A stretch of 60,859 nt of DNA, filler included, from Basidiobolus ranarum (lineage: Eukaryota): the NCBI GenBank assembly GCA_040143965.1. It is 11 parts of 11 records of this genome, joined end to end, with 100 filler letters (N's around TTAATTAATTAA, not from the genome) between each part and the next. Parts side by side here need not be neighbours in the genome. Positions count along the whole stretch, not along the records: positions 5,557 to 11,009 come from JASJQH010008469.1; positions 11,110 to 16,560 come from JASJQH010008470.1; positions 16,661 to 22,108 come from JASJQH010008471.1; positions 22,209 to 27,654 come from JASJQH010008472.1; 7 more parts are not named here. One strand, given 5' to 3'. The notes under the pieces are model-generated. The model worked only from the letters and a program-made list of their open reading frames with translations, searched no databases and had not been told where the DNA came from. Below are positions 9,761 through 22,730 of the stretch, in pieces (position 1 is the first letter of the stretch; each line of letters begins with the position of its first letter). Position numbers and translations under genes: made by a program.

Positions 9761-11109
9761 TCGCCGAAAAATATGGATTGATCTCAACTTGAAGTGCTGA
9801 AGCTGCTCATCCTGTTACTGTATAATAGTCGATTACAAATACATTCATACCCCTACGCTCTTTGGTTTCCTTATTCAGATATACATTTGGCTTTTTATTG
9901 GTTTTCATTCTCGAACCATTCACCTCGTCACCTTATAAGCTCTATTCACAGAAGCCGACAGTGGTTCCTCTTTATAATTCGTATATATAATAGTTCTATA
10001 ACCCTCGCATTCTTACTCAATGCTAGATACTGGCTTTTCGATTGATTATACAATGCTCCTTGGTTTTCCTAGACATTTTAACTACAATTGTATCCTCTTG
10101 ATTGACTCTTCTTGCCTGGACCATTCTCGAAGATGATCCATTTCAAGGTAAGTCTCTAGGATGACGAGCCATTTTGTAGATACATGACAGAAGGATGGCC
10201 CTAAACAGCTTTAAAATAGACTGCAATCTGGATACTTTCAGTAGTAACGATCTCCGATACATTAGCGTGATATTCTGTATAACTAACCAGTCCAGACACT
10301 AATGATTTTGGGCCCTACATATTCATACTAACCTTTTTCTTGGTGGTTTATGTTGTCAAGGTCTGCGAACAATTGTACTATTGGATTTGAGGATATCATA
10401 GAAATTCAGTTATCTATCCGAAAGTAGACACTTTGACAGTCACCCGTTCTCATTCTATGGTAGTCTATTTTTTTTCTAATAAATCGAGATTAGTCCATTC
10501 ATTAAAGTCCATGGTTCAGCCAATGCCTTCTATTTTGTACCTCCACTTTGGCTCATCTCATTTATTCCAAAGGCATGGCACCCTTTGGGGAAATAGAAGG
10601 GTTTAATGAGGGATGTGTCGAACGTGTAATCAACATTATATCCACCGTTGTCAGCAGCCTGGGATTAGGTTATGTAATAGGAGGCTGACTTTAGTGTTGC
10701 GTATATATATATATGTATGTGTATGTGCATGTATATCTTATGGCTATTAGATATGAGGGAGACGAAGGGTGTTTAGACTAGGGAAGAAGTTGATGATGAT
10801 AAAGACGGTATACGACCGAAATGACGATCACTTGGAATATTCAGCACTACTAGGAGATTGAACATCCGGATCATCCCCTAGATTAACGGAAGAGATTCTA
10901 GCAAGTTGACTTGGTGTGTGATAACCTAGTATCTCCAATGAAGTAGCAGTGGATAGGTGTAGATGTAAAGGTGGGATTTGATTTAATGCTAAATGCGTCT
11001 TCTTACGTTNNNNNNNNNNNNNNNNNNNNNNNNNNNNNNNNNNNNNNNNNNNNTTAATTAATTAANNNNNNNNNNNNNNNNNNNNNNNNNNNNNNNNNNN
11101 NNNNNNNNN

Positions 11110-12109
11110 TATTTCCACTCCAAGCTCATATCATTACTATTCCACAATTTCTATTTTATCATCCATATTTGACTTACCCATATTTTCTAGCCAATCATAT
11201 CGCACCATTAGTATTATCCCCTATAATTTCAGACTTATCAGTATTAACTAACATTAGACCTATTATTTTCTGGAAAATTCTACAATCTTCCAGAACATTC
11301 CACAAGATTCTTGGAATAATTTGATGATGGATTGAGTTTTGACCAATCAAAACTGAATTTTGCTGGAACATTCCATGACTTTTTGGATTATTCTACAACC
11401 TTCTGGAACATTCCATGGATGACTTATCTTATGATTTATGATGATATCATAACCCCAGATCCCCACCAATAGAATTCTCTGGAACTTTCCGGATATTCTC
11501 ATTAGTAATCATATCTACCTTCAGAAAAGTATAAATAGAAGCCATATCTTTTCAAATAAAAATCATCCTGGTTTTCAACTAACAATTACTACTTGTGATC
11601 ATCCCTTATTTTCATCACTGCTTACAAGACCTTTGAAGAGGAAGCTCAAGAGAGACAACTAGAGGCAGTTACAGGCTACTGTGTGACTAGAAAGGACTTG
11701 ATCAGCTCAAAGGAAGTTCTGACAGGTAGGTGTTATATTTCCTGATACTTTATATTTTTTCCCTAGCTTTGTCTGCATAGGCAAGGAACTTTTCATATCA
11801 TTGGATAAATCACTACTAGTGCATCCTCATTCAACACCCTGCTGGCTGAGTTTACAGTTGCTTTTGATTGGATATTCCCTTTTTATCTGATCATTCTCAA
11901 AGGACTTTGATCCCAGTATATTCTTTTGTCACGCACCAGCATATTATTCAACAGAAAGCTGGACATTGCATTGCGGTTTATCAGTCCTTGGACATTTCTG
12001 GAGACTTGATTCCCTTTCACAAAGACCCATGAGGCAAGAGACATAATCATATTACAGTACACCCCAGAGTAATTTGACTGTGGTTATTGCACCCTTTGGA
12101 CACCTCACA
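11110..12109 (+). mobile_element. long LTR (LTR-C, probably Gypsy-type), 5' end cut by contig start
   Basis: 11110..~11266 is the reverse complement of 27755..27911, where the element begins TGTAGTGGGG. It contains CCAAT boxes and TATAAATAG (~11530), and ends CCTCACA just before transposase-like sequence resumes. Confidence 0.6.
11268..11497 (+). promoter_or_regulatory. heat-shock-element (nGAAn) arrays in LTR U3
   Basis: TTCtgGAAaaTTC (11268), TTCcaGAAcaTTC (11288), TTCtgGAAcaTTC (11401); TTC recurs every 10 bp at 11268-11308. Confidence 0.55.
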
Positions 12110-14150
12110 AAGCCCTTAGGATATTGCAGTTATAGTTGCTGCTTACACCCAACAATAACTACTCTGTTGGAAAGACTTACTGGCCAATAATATTAACCAA
12201 CTTAAATGTTCCTCCTTCTGAACAGTATAAGAGTCATAATATTTTGATACTATCCATCATATCTGGACCTGAATCCGCAGTGCTTATAGATAGCTTCTGG
12301 GAGCCTTTGATTGCAGAATTTGAATGTTTATCTAATGGGGTTCAGATGGGTGAATATTTTATTAAAGCTAATATTATTGTATGTATTGGTGACACTCCTA
12401 CAACTAGTAAACTTGGAGGTTTTTGTGGGCACAATGCACTATCTTGCTGTGGATTTTGTCAAATCAATGAAGTTTACTCTATCACCCATACACATTACTA
12501 CTATCCAAATACAACACTAAGCTCCATGATTTTACTGTCATGAGCTTGGTCAGATTTCAAAATGATCACAGATATTAACTTGCCAAATAATCAGTCCAAC
12601 ATCAAACTTGGTATTAGCCCTAAGCCTAAGAGTATATTGCTAAAGGGGATCAGCTGGAGCCAGAGCTTTCCATTAAGCACTATGCACTTACTATTCAACA
12701 ACATTCCAATACTACTAACTTAGCTATATGGTGGAAAATTCAATCTGAATGGGCCATTTCAGATAAGATCAAAGCTTGAATCAATTGGGAGAATTCTTGA
12801 AAGCATCAGCTACCATCATATTTTACCAGGACTCCCATCAATATCCACTCATCTAGGCATTTATTGAAATGGAAAGACTAGAAGTATTGGATTTGTATAT
12901 ATTCAATTGGAATTTTGAAAAGGTTTCTGCCTGATAAGTATTGGTACCATTGAGAGTTGTTTATCAATATTGTTCACATATTTTTGTGGCATCAACTCAC
13001 ATTGGCAGATCTCAGGCAGATACAGCAATTGTGCAAAAATTTTGTAATTGGATATGAAAACCTAATAACAGGTTTAGAGAAGAAAGACTGAATCTATGCC
13101 AGTATACACTACATTCCCTGCTACATCTTTCTCAATGCTTAGAGATTATAGGCCCTTGCTGTACATTCTGGGAGTTCCCAATGGAGTGAACCTTTGGTGA
13201 GATGATGCTCTGTGTGAGTTATCAGTATTACTGTATCCTAATCTGATTAACAATGTATCAGTAAATTCAGTGTTGGATGTAATGCAATGGGCTAAGGAGA
13301 CTCTAGAATATATCAACCTTCAAACAAAGGGCTCTTTTTAATGTGCTCATGCGTTTTTGCATTGTTTGAGCACAATTAAAGCAACAAAGCCCAATCCATG
13401 GACGCAAAGTAAGTATCTCTATAATTTGGACTACTTTGTTTGTGTGATAATCTGATGGTATTTCATGAAAGCAGTAAGACTGACTTCTTGGTGAGATAGA
13501 TCAGAATATGCAGTATTATCATTTTAGTCTTGGGGTAATCTATTAATGCAATGACAGATCTACTTGTGGTAGGACATTTGCTGACTGCAAGTTGGCAATA
13601 TGTTGGCTGAATTCTTTTTAGAAATATGCCAAAATCCAAGAGCTTATTCTCATAGTTAATGGTAACCAGAGTCACCTATTTGCCAAGTGTCAGTGCTATT
13701 CAAAAATTCAGTTGTTTTGCAATTTTTCCACCATTAGTTTGCTGGTTAAGCATATTTATTTTCTTGAGTTATTTCTAATCAGTCAAGTATGTGCATATGT
13801 AGAGACTAAATACAATAAGAATTTTGTATTGTTTGATTCTCATTATGGCTAGAATACAAAGCCTAAAATATCTAAATAAATGCACGCATATTAATTAGAA
13901 TTCATACATCAGTTGACCTACTAATTTACCAATCAAAAATTAGATTTTTGCCAATATTGCTGGATATTGAATAACACATGCCAAATATGAGGATCAATAT
14001 TTTAACATGTATGAATACCATCAAGAAATCACCATCACACCATCAAAATCCCTGGTAGGATGCCAGCCACCAATAATGTGATGGTTCTCTGATGGTTTTG
14101 CTATTCAGGAGGGTGGATCCAATCCAGATCAAATGGCTTTTATTTTGTTA
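12110..14150 (+). mobile_element. CMC/CACTA (En/Spm-like) transposase pseudogene, copy 1 (Tnp2 and DUF4218-like regions)
   Basis: Motifs WPIILTNLNVPP..., IISGP, IDSFWEPLIAEF, GDTP...KLGGFCGHNA..C.FC, MHLLFNNIP and HSLLHL...GP...FWEFPME*; multiple stops and frameshifts. End coordinate approximate. Confidence 0.85.
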
Positions 14151-14479
14151 GGGTACCACAAGGGTGGATAAAACTCTGGTGGTTTCTCTAACTTGAAGTC
14201 CAAAGAAAAAATATTGTTCTTTTGAAATTGGCAAAGACTCTGATTAAGAGTTAGTCATATTCTACTACTATAAAAGTGAAGATAACTATGAAAGAATCTG
14301 AACTGCAATCTTCAATAGTCAAGCCTAGTTCAGTTGCTATAGGAATCTTTATTATCCTATTTTAATATGGGGTAGAATATCTAGTTAAAGAAAGGATAAA
14401 GAATATGGTGTAGTTTTGGATGGTGCTGAGGCTAGAAGGTTTTTCAATAGGGGGAAGGGTTGCTTATACAAAGAAATAG

Positions 14480-16267
14480 CTTGGAAGAAGATTTCTACCT
14501 GATAAGTATTTGCAACATTGGGAGTTGTTTGTGGATATTTTTAAATATTCTTCTGGCATCCACTCACATGGGCAGATCTCAGGCAGATACAGCAACTGTG
14601 CAAAGATTTTGTAATGGGATATTAAAAACATCATTTCAGGTTTAGAGTAGATAGACTGAATATATGCCAGTATTCAATACATTTCCTGCTGCATCTTTCA
14701 CAATACTTGGAGATTATAGGCCCTTGCTATACATTCTGGGAGTTCCCAGTATGGATCCCCAGTGGTGAAATAATGCTCAATGTGAAATTGTCAGTATTCC
14801 CATATGCTACTCTGACCAACAATGTATCAACAAAATCAGTGATGGATGTAATGCAATAGGTTAAGGAGACTCCAGAGTATATTAACCTGCAAACAAAAGG
14901 GTTCTTTTCAATGTGCTCTTGGGTTTTTGCATTGTTTGAGCACAACAACAGCCAAAGCCCAATCCATGGACACAGAGTAAATACCTCTATAATTGGACTA
15001 ATTTGCTTGTGTGCTAATCTGACGGTATTTTTAGGAAAGCTGCAAGACAGACTTATTGGAGAGATAGATGGAGATATACAGTATTATTGTTTTAGCCATG
15101 GGGTAATCTATTCAAGCAATGACACATATACTTAGTGGCAGGACATTTGTTGACTCCAAGTTGGGGATATATTGGTTGAATTCTTTATGGAAATTTGCCA
15201 AAATCCAGGAGCTTATTCTCATTGTGAATGGTGACAATAGTCAGCTATTTGCCCAGTGTCATTGCTGTTCAAAATTTCAGATGTTTATCAATTTTTCCAC
15301 CATTAGTTTGCTGGTAAAGCATATTGTTGTTTTTGAGTTATGTCTAATCAGTCAAGTATGTGCACATGTAGAGACTAAACACAACAAGATTCTTGTCTTT
15401 TTTGATTCTCAATACGGCTGGAATAGAAAGTCTAAAATATTTAAATACTGGCATGCACTTTAAATTGATTCCTACAGCAGTAAATCCAGTTATTTTCCAT
15501 TCCAAATTCTTATTTTTTCAAAAATTGCTGGATATTGAATAATGCATGCCAAATTTGAGGATCAACGTTCTAACATATATGAACATCATCAAAATAACAT
15601 CATGAAATTACCATCACACCATCAAAATTTACTGGCAAAATATAAGCCAGCAGTATTATGATGGTTCTCTGATGGTTCTGCTATTTTGGAGGATGGATCT
15701 GATGCGGATCAAATCAATTTTATTTTTGTTAGGCAACATTTTGGAAACTGTGTGGAATCTTGCCCAAAATCACCTAGATTTGTTCCAATTGTGGAAAAAC
15801 CAAAAACTGGGCATTACTCTAAAGGTTCCTGACTTATTTCATGTGGCTTATCCTGGGCTTTTGCAAGCAAATGGCAATTAGGCTAGTATAAGACTATTCA
15901 AGAAACATCTTAAAAATGTTTATAATTATTGACTTGGAAAAGAAAGAAAAGCAGCTAAGGAAGTACTGAAGGAGCAGGAAGTTAGTAAACTCAAGGGAGG
16001 AGCAAAGGAGCCAGTGAGTTTAGGCTCTACTATCCCACTTACCAAATTCTTCACACAATTACAGAGATCTGCATTTTCCAAGTCTGATGTACTGGCAAAA
16101 AAGCTTGACTTCACTATGGAACTGGGTACACCAGTTAGAAGAGTACCAAATTTGAAGTTTATCCAACAACTGGCATCTCTCAAAAGGCCAAAACACCAGC
16201 AAATAAAACTCACAGATCTCCAACCTACTGGTACTTTTCAAAGTGCTGAAATTAGCCCCAAACTTAA
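14480..16267 (+). mobile_element. CMC/CACTA element, copy 2 (transposase 3' part, internally deleted into ORF2)
   Basis: Paralogous to ~12920-14150 (shared GATAAGTATT..., ATTATAGGCCCTTGCT..ACATTCTGGGAGTTCCCA). From ~15740 it matches ORF2 copies at ~30980, ~46810 and ~55435. Confidence 0.8.
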
Positions 16268-16560
16268 CCCTAACAGAAATTTGAGGATTGTTATTGTATG
16301 AAAACCATCACAATTTTAATCCATTTTGGGATTGACTGTTTACTTACCATCATAAAATCATCAAGTTAGATTTGATTTAATCAATTTTTTCAGTTTCAGG
16401 AGTGAAATTTCAAGATCTTGCAAAATAGTTGCATATGATTGGCTACAATCTCAACAAACTGTGGATCAACTCATGTGTCAAAAATGTAACTCAAATTTTA
16501 CACAATTACCACTTGAATGGTAATTTGTCACCTTCAAAATCCCTAGTCTCTTTGATATAT
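16268..16560 (-). mobile_element. CMC/CACTA terminus CCCTAACAGAAATTTGAG, inverted relative to the flanking copy
   Basis: Reverse complement of the element ends at 32177, 47828 and 56586 (…CAAATTTCTGTTAGGG). CCCTA fits the CMC terminal consensus CMCWR. Confidence 0.8.
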
Positions 16561-17465
16561 NNNNNNNNNNNNNNNNNNNNNNNNNNNNNNNNNNNNNNNN
16601 NNNNTTAATTAATTAANNNNNNNNNNNNNNNNNNNNNNNNNNNNNNNNNNNNNNNNNNNNGCTCCAGGTACGTCTATCAAGTATACTCTGTAGAGAAATA
16701 AAGGAGACGATTGCTTTCCTCGGTTGAAATAACAATAGCTAAAAAACAAATGGAAAATGGGCCAGATTTATGAAGGAAACAAGAAGTGTACTTCCGTAGT
16801 GTTTGAGATGCTTTTAGATTCAAACTCACTCTATCCACAGGGCTCAAACCTCAGTGTATGCTTTCCCTTCATAGCTATTTGAAACGCAATAATTCTCACG
16901 AATCGTTTTGAATTTGTGTTACAAACCCCTCACCAAACTAAGCTGCTTAACACCTCGTTTTAGTTGGTTTTACAATGAGATCACTCAATCATCTAATCAT
17001 CAGTGGAAAGCAGGCAAAGCGATCTACTCCAAGTATATTGTTTCATGAATGTCTTAGCTCATCGAAATTATACTGAGAAGTTACCTGCCTCGCATACACC
17101 AGGGTTTCCTGGAAGATCGCAAGTCATTCAAGATAGAGAGGATGACTATAATATGATACGAGACTTTAATAGGTTATGTATGGGTTGATTTTCGAAGATA
17201 AATGCTGTGTAAAGAAATGACAAAAGTGTAATCATGTACATTAAATTCAATCTGCATGAATCCATCCATGCAGTCTGGGAAATTTTCTAGTGAATATGCG
17301 ACAACCATGTTTGGGACGATCAGCAAGGACTCTATGACCCAAATAGGCTACGCAAGAGTCGGATTATATATGCACATATATTCGATTGTAAGTCAACTTA
17401 AATTGGGGATTAGGACTGCAACACTTTTGTTAATAGATTGCTGATCTAGATTCTTGTATTTTACA

Positions 17466-19168
17466 TTACTGTGGTCTCCATTTATGCCCATACTTGTACA
17501 CTACGAATAGCAGAACTCCAAAGATTGATGTTAGAATAGCTAAACCAGTGAACAACCATCCAGGTCCCATTACTTTCATCAATGGACTAACGATTGCCGA
17601 TGCAACAGCAGCAGCCAAATATCTCATGCAGTTATTTAACGCTGTCACGGATGCGCCTAGTCCTGGAAATATATCGACAAGGTATGTGGAGATGGAAGAG
17701 AATATGTATGTCATGGAGAACCCGAGGAAAAACATGCTCACAAGAGTTGCTGGAAGTGGTAGCTCATATTGAACAAACCATCCATAGCACAATAGCATAG
17801 CAGGGAGCAAGACGGTGCCTAACCACACTGCTCGGAAACGCGCCTCCGAAGGTACTGGAAGAGTTCCATACTTCGCCCGTAAGCTTCGCAACGAAAAATC
17901 AGCCACTCTGCCCCCAATGGATGATCCAACAATATTACCGATTCCCGAGCTCAAAAACACCAAACCAACCGCTGACTGGTTCAAATGGTACTTGGGACTA
18001 AACAAACTCGGCAACGACGTGGTGTAGCAATATATTGAAGCGAATATCATGCATCCGTAAGCTAGGACAATCATTACTGATGGATAACGCAGAAGCAGTA
18101 GTGGTTGCAGGAAATTAATATGACTCGTTTGTGACGATACAGTTGGATTTTGTGTCTTGGCTTGTCTCTTCAATCGGACTTTTGACATTGTCTCCGGTAG
18201 GAAGAATATGATCGAAAGTAAGGAGGCCCCACCTAAGCCAGCGATCAAGTAAAAAATATGACGCCAGCCAATGGTTGCACTCATAAAGCCGCCAATTACA
18301 GGACCTACGTCCCAGTCAACCTTTTAGTAATGAGTTTGTAGACAATTCAGATCGAAGAAGATTACCAATAATAGGGCCCAGAAGAGGACCAATAAAGTAA
18401 AATCCAAATGCAGTTCCTCGCTCGGCAGGGGGGAATACGTCACTAATAGTACCAGCACCTAGCACATTGGTTAGCTTTTGAGTTAACAATACTGGTTTGA
18501 AGATTATATTTACCAACAGACAAAACAGCCGAAGCACCTATGGCTTGAATGGCACGCATGACGATCAGCATAACAATATTTATTGACAACGCACATCCAA
18601 TGCCTCCAATGATATAAATGGTCAATGAAACCAAGTATATTAAGCGGCGTCCAATCTGGTCAGATAGTGTTCCCCAGATCAAAGGCTGTACAAAACGAAA
18701 TCTCAGATAATGTACAAGAAAGTGGATCGGAAATAAAACTTACTGTGATGGCCAAGAATACCATGTATACGGTGATGGTGAGATTTATGGTCACGTCCTG
18801 GACCATCAAGTCTTCCTGCATGCTACTCAGTGCTGGGACCTAGTATACCAAATACCAGATATTGAGTTTAGACAGGATTAGAACAATAGATACTTTGTAG
18901 TAATAGTACTTACAAAGATGTTCGTCGAAATCGGGCCAAGCAATCCGGCAAAAGCAATGATGAAAATAATCAATACTTTCTTCGTTGATGAGAACTCGGG
19001 CAGGGCTTCCTTCTGAGTATCTTGCTGGAGACTCTCCAGATTATGCTCCTCATTTGAAAATTTCTCTTTATCTTCGGTTATTTTGGAAACCTCTTGTACC
19101 AGTGTAGAGGCGCTGAATTCCTCTACGGAGCGGGCAGGCACTACTGTACCCTTCTTATAATTATGCAT
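17466..19168 (-). CDS. MFS drug:H+ antiporter (DHA1 family), ~484 aa
   Basis: Exons 19168-18914, 18839-18744, 18685-18514, 18458-18366, 18304-17466 are frame-consistent. Motifs WGTLSDQIGRR, RAIQAIG, GAGTISDVFPPAERG, GPLLGPIIGP, GWRHIF, GGRVAD, PSEARF. Confidence 0.9.
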
Positions 19169-20376
19169 GACTCTCGAGATTTGAAGAAAATTGCTCTGGA
19201 TGAACACTAAGAGAAATTTTCTGAAAACAATTGACCTGTGTATTGAGTAGATAGAAGGGAAGCAGAGTAGATAGTGATCCCAGAAAGAAACATCACTAAG
19301 GTTATATATCATCGCTGAAACCCCAAGAATGAAAGAAAAGAAAATCAACGTTGCACGAGGTCCACATTGTTGGTTGAGTCAAAAGTTTAAATATTGAATT
19401 TCTAAAGTAAATTTTGGCCTCATTAGTCAAGTGTTTATGATGTAATATACAATAGAAAATACCGACAAAGAAATAAGCTTTTATCTTAGCATAGAAAAGC
19501 ACTATCCTTGATTAGTACACAATTCGTCAACAAAAAATCAAGGGTTTTCTTGACTCCTCACACATTTATCAAAATGAAACTGTATTGATATTTCTTAAAC
19601 AATATATATTCACAGCGAAATGTATTCGTCTTTAATCTATTTTTCCTACGTAAATTGAAGCTGAGAGGTGATACCAATTTATCAGTCAAAAAATCATTTA
19701 ACTAAACACCAAACTGGCAAGTAATACAAGAAGAGTGCTACGGTACTTCTATTTATCCTTTCGGGCTATTACATTTTCCCTACGGGGGTATTCTCACGAT
19801 TAAGCCATCGTGAATCTGGTTATTAGATGTACTGAAACTATTTCAGCCAGACAGTTAATAAATAGCAAATTCCATATATCCTAGCTGTCACACACTCGCA
19901 GCATAGTTTGGGTAATAGATTTGTCAATTTAGGAGTTGCTTGTGAAGGCTATTTAGATTCCATTTAGGAGCTACGAGATGAAGATGACATTACTCCAGGA
20001 TTTCGCGATTAAGAGTAGAGACCTACCATTAATATGACGAAGTTAGCCCCTGGTTATTTAGCAGTTTGTTTACTCATAGAGCATCACATACATACTTGAA
20101 ATTGAGAGGCATTGTAAAATTTCCCTAGCTAATGCCATAATAAGTTCACCTGTTTTCTTCATCCTTGCAAATAACCTATAAAATTCTAAATTTTCCCATT
20201 TTGAACCCTAATCATCTAGTCAATTGATGACAGTAATTTACCCAACTGTTAATTCTTCTTTATATGCCAAATGTCATATTCTTGATATCTAAGCAAGAGC
20301 AGCAAATTAAGTCTGCATCAATTGACACAATATTTGAAAATACCTATTTTGTTGCTAACTAACTATATATATATAT

Positions 20377-20702
20377 TGTTGAAAGTAACATAACTTAAGC
20401 ATCTATATAGTCATATAACTAACTACCTGAATTTTACTACGTTATTATTCCATATCTTCACCAGGAATTTACTTAAAATATCTTTACCAACTTGGAAGCT
20501 TTCAGATTATATGATTTTCTCAAACTTGTCCAAGTGACCCCAGGCCTAGTACACATGTTCCCAGGATCTCTCTAAACATATTCTACACGTTGGTTTATCT
20601 ATTTATTAACTATTATCTTACACTCAATAAACCATCAAGTGAAAACCACCAACTCTTCCAGTTGTCCAAATTACTTCCAACAACTCCCAAAATACTTCAA
20701 CA
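20377..20702 (+). mobile_element. solo Copia LTR-A with 5-bp TSD TATAT
   Basis: TGTTGAAAG...TACTTCAACA (326 bp), homologous to the reverse complement of 6233..6561; TATAT on both flanks. Confidence 0.85.
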
Positions 20703-22208
20703 TATATACTTACTGACTTAAGAGTGTATCTGTACTTGTATCTTGGATTGAAAATATGTATTATAACTTATGTTAGAAGTGAAGATATTAACTATATAGG
20801 GATAATTGTTTGCGGGAAATTGGATACTAGAAAACATCTTTTCTAAATATTTCCGAGATAGCAATGTGTTGAAATAATTAACACCGAAATATTTATGCAT
20901 GCGTATTTACTAAATATTTAGTGAGTCAATTGGATTCTATATTTCTTGCATGAGTATTCAATACTAGGCGTGTCAAAAAATAGTCGGGATCACACTGGTC
21001 GCAGATATCAAAGTTGAATAAGACAAACTATCACTTAAGAAACTACTTGATCATGCCCTATAAATCAGCAGAAACAAATACCAATTTTTGTGAGAAAACC
21101 CCCAGTACACTTATTTTAGTTGTAACAGTATTCAATTTGTAACAAGAGTTCCTATACAAGTGCAAGGGATTCTTAGATGAGTACGTCTCTGTTTTTCAAA
21201 TCCAATTCATTGAGTTAGTTCAACATTACAGTGCATTGTGCTAGCAAAAAGATTTAGTTCAGTTATCAGAGCTTGAACAGTACAAATACCTAAACCACCG
21301 ATATCACTCCTGTTATTGTCGGCGCAGTATATCCAGGCACCCTACAACTCATCATCGTGACATTATACCTCAAACCTTCTTCACTTGAAGATGAATGGTA
21401 TGGTTTTAGTGTCATTCAACTCATCGATAGTAAAAGTGATCAGAGTTCCCCATCCAAACATCACTCCTTTGCAGTTTACACCATTGGTTTGCTCGTTGAT
21501 ATACGTCAGACAATTCCAAAGCTGTTGGCCATACGGAACTAATCTACTTGCATTCTGAAGCTCCCTCTCTGAATGAATGGGACTCAAGAAAAGGGGTTAA
21601 GTCCCGCACAATCAGTTCTTGGCGCAGTGAATTCACCCGTCGTATGTGGACTGTGTTTTAGGTTCAAATTGATATGAATATTATGATTTACACAATTAGC
21701 TTGGCTTATAAAAAGAAATGAACTAAGCATTTCTGATTAGATTTTCGATATTAATGATTAATAAATTGTCTCGCCTTAGATTGGAGCCAACAAAATCCAC
21801 CCATTAGTGGATGCTTATGGTTAGTCTAGTGTTGGTAAATATAACTCCTAACTAGTGTTTCAAGAGAGTGAAATTTCTTCTCTTGAATGACACCCCCTCC
21901 TGTCAATACGAAGCCTATCGACTCCCAATCGAATATCCCTTTTACAGGCTTCCAAGGTCTATTGCTTTGCTGGAGTTTTGAACAAGGGATCTGCAGGACT
22001 GATCATGACAGCGACTAGTTCTTCCTCTCCAAATAGCCTGATTACGACATACATTTTGCTGAAAGCCAATAGCAATGGAGGGGGAGCACAATCGGAAAAG
22101 AGACAGCCNNNNNNNNNNNNNNNNNNNNNNNNNNNNNNNNNNNNNNNNNNNNTTAATTAATTAANNNNNNNNNNNNNNNNNNNNNNNNNNNNNNNNNNNN
22201 NNNNNNNN

Positions 22209-22452
22209 TACTTACAATATTTTTACTAACTGAAATGTTTGCAGATATTCAGATTCTTGAAACTTATCCTGGAAGCTCCCAGCTTTGCCCACATATTCCT
22301 GGGACCTTCCTTAACACATTCAGCAACTCTATTTGTTTACCTCATGTCAAAACTATTATTGTCAACTTCCTACTATATGATCAACAAGTGAATGCCATCC
22401 ACTCTTTCCAGTTCTCCAAACCACTGTCAACAACTCCCAAAATTCTTCAACA
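22209..22452 (+). mobile_element. partial Copia LTR-A (3' part)
   Basis: Homologous to ~20470-20702, ending CAACTCCCAAAATTCTTCAACA. Confidence 0.75.
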
Positions 22453-22730
22453 TTACTCATATTGATCATAACTACATTTTCTTAAAGTACTTGCATAAAG
22501 CCCCAATTTTCACAATACCTTTCCTTTCCCTTCCCTTCCTTAAGCACAATAAATATACAATGCCTAACATATTCTAACATAATTTGTTTTAAAATTATTC
22601 TGCATATATGTCACTTCTTTTGCATTACTTTGCGCTTCTAATCCTCCCTCTCTAATGTCAGTGAACGACATAAATTTGAAAATATATAATTGAATTTAGA
22701 AAAGTAGGCAAACTTATCATAGGGATATTT

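Noticed and set aside
10702-10737. (TA)n/(TG)n microsatellite
   Set aside because: Short, ordinary simple repeat.
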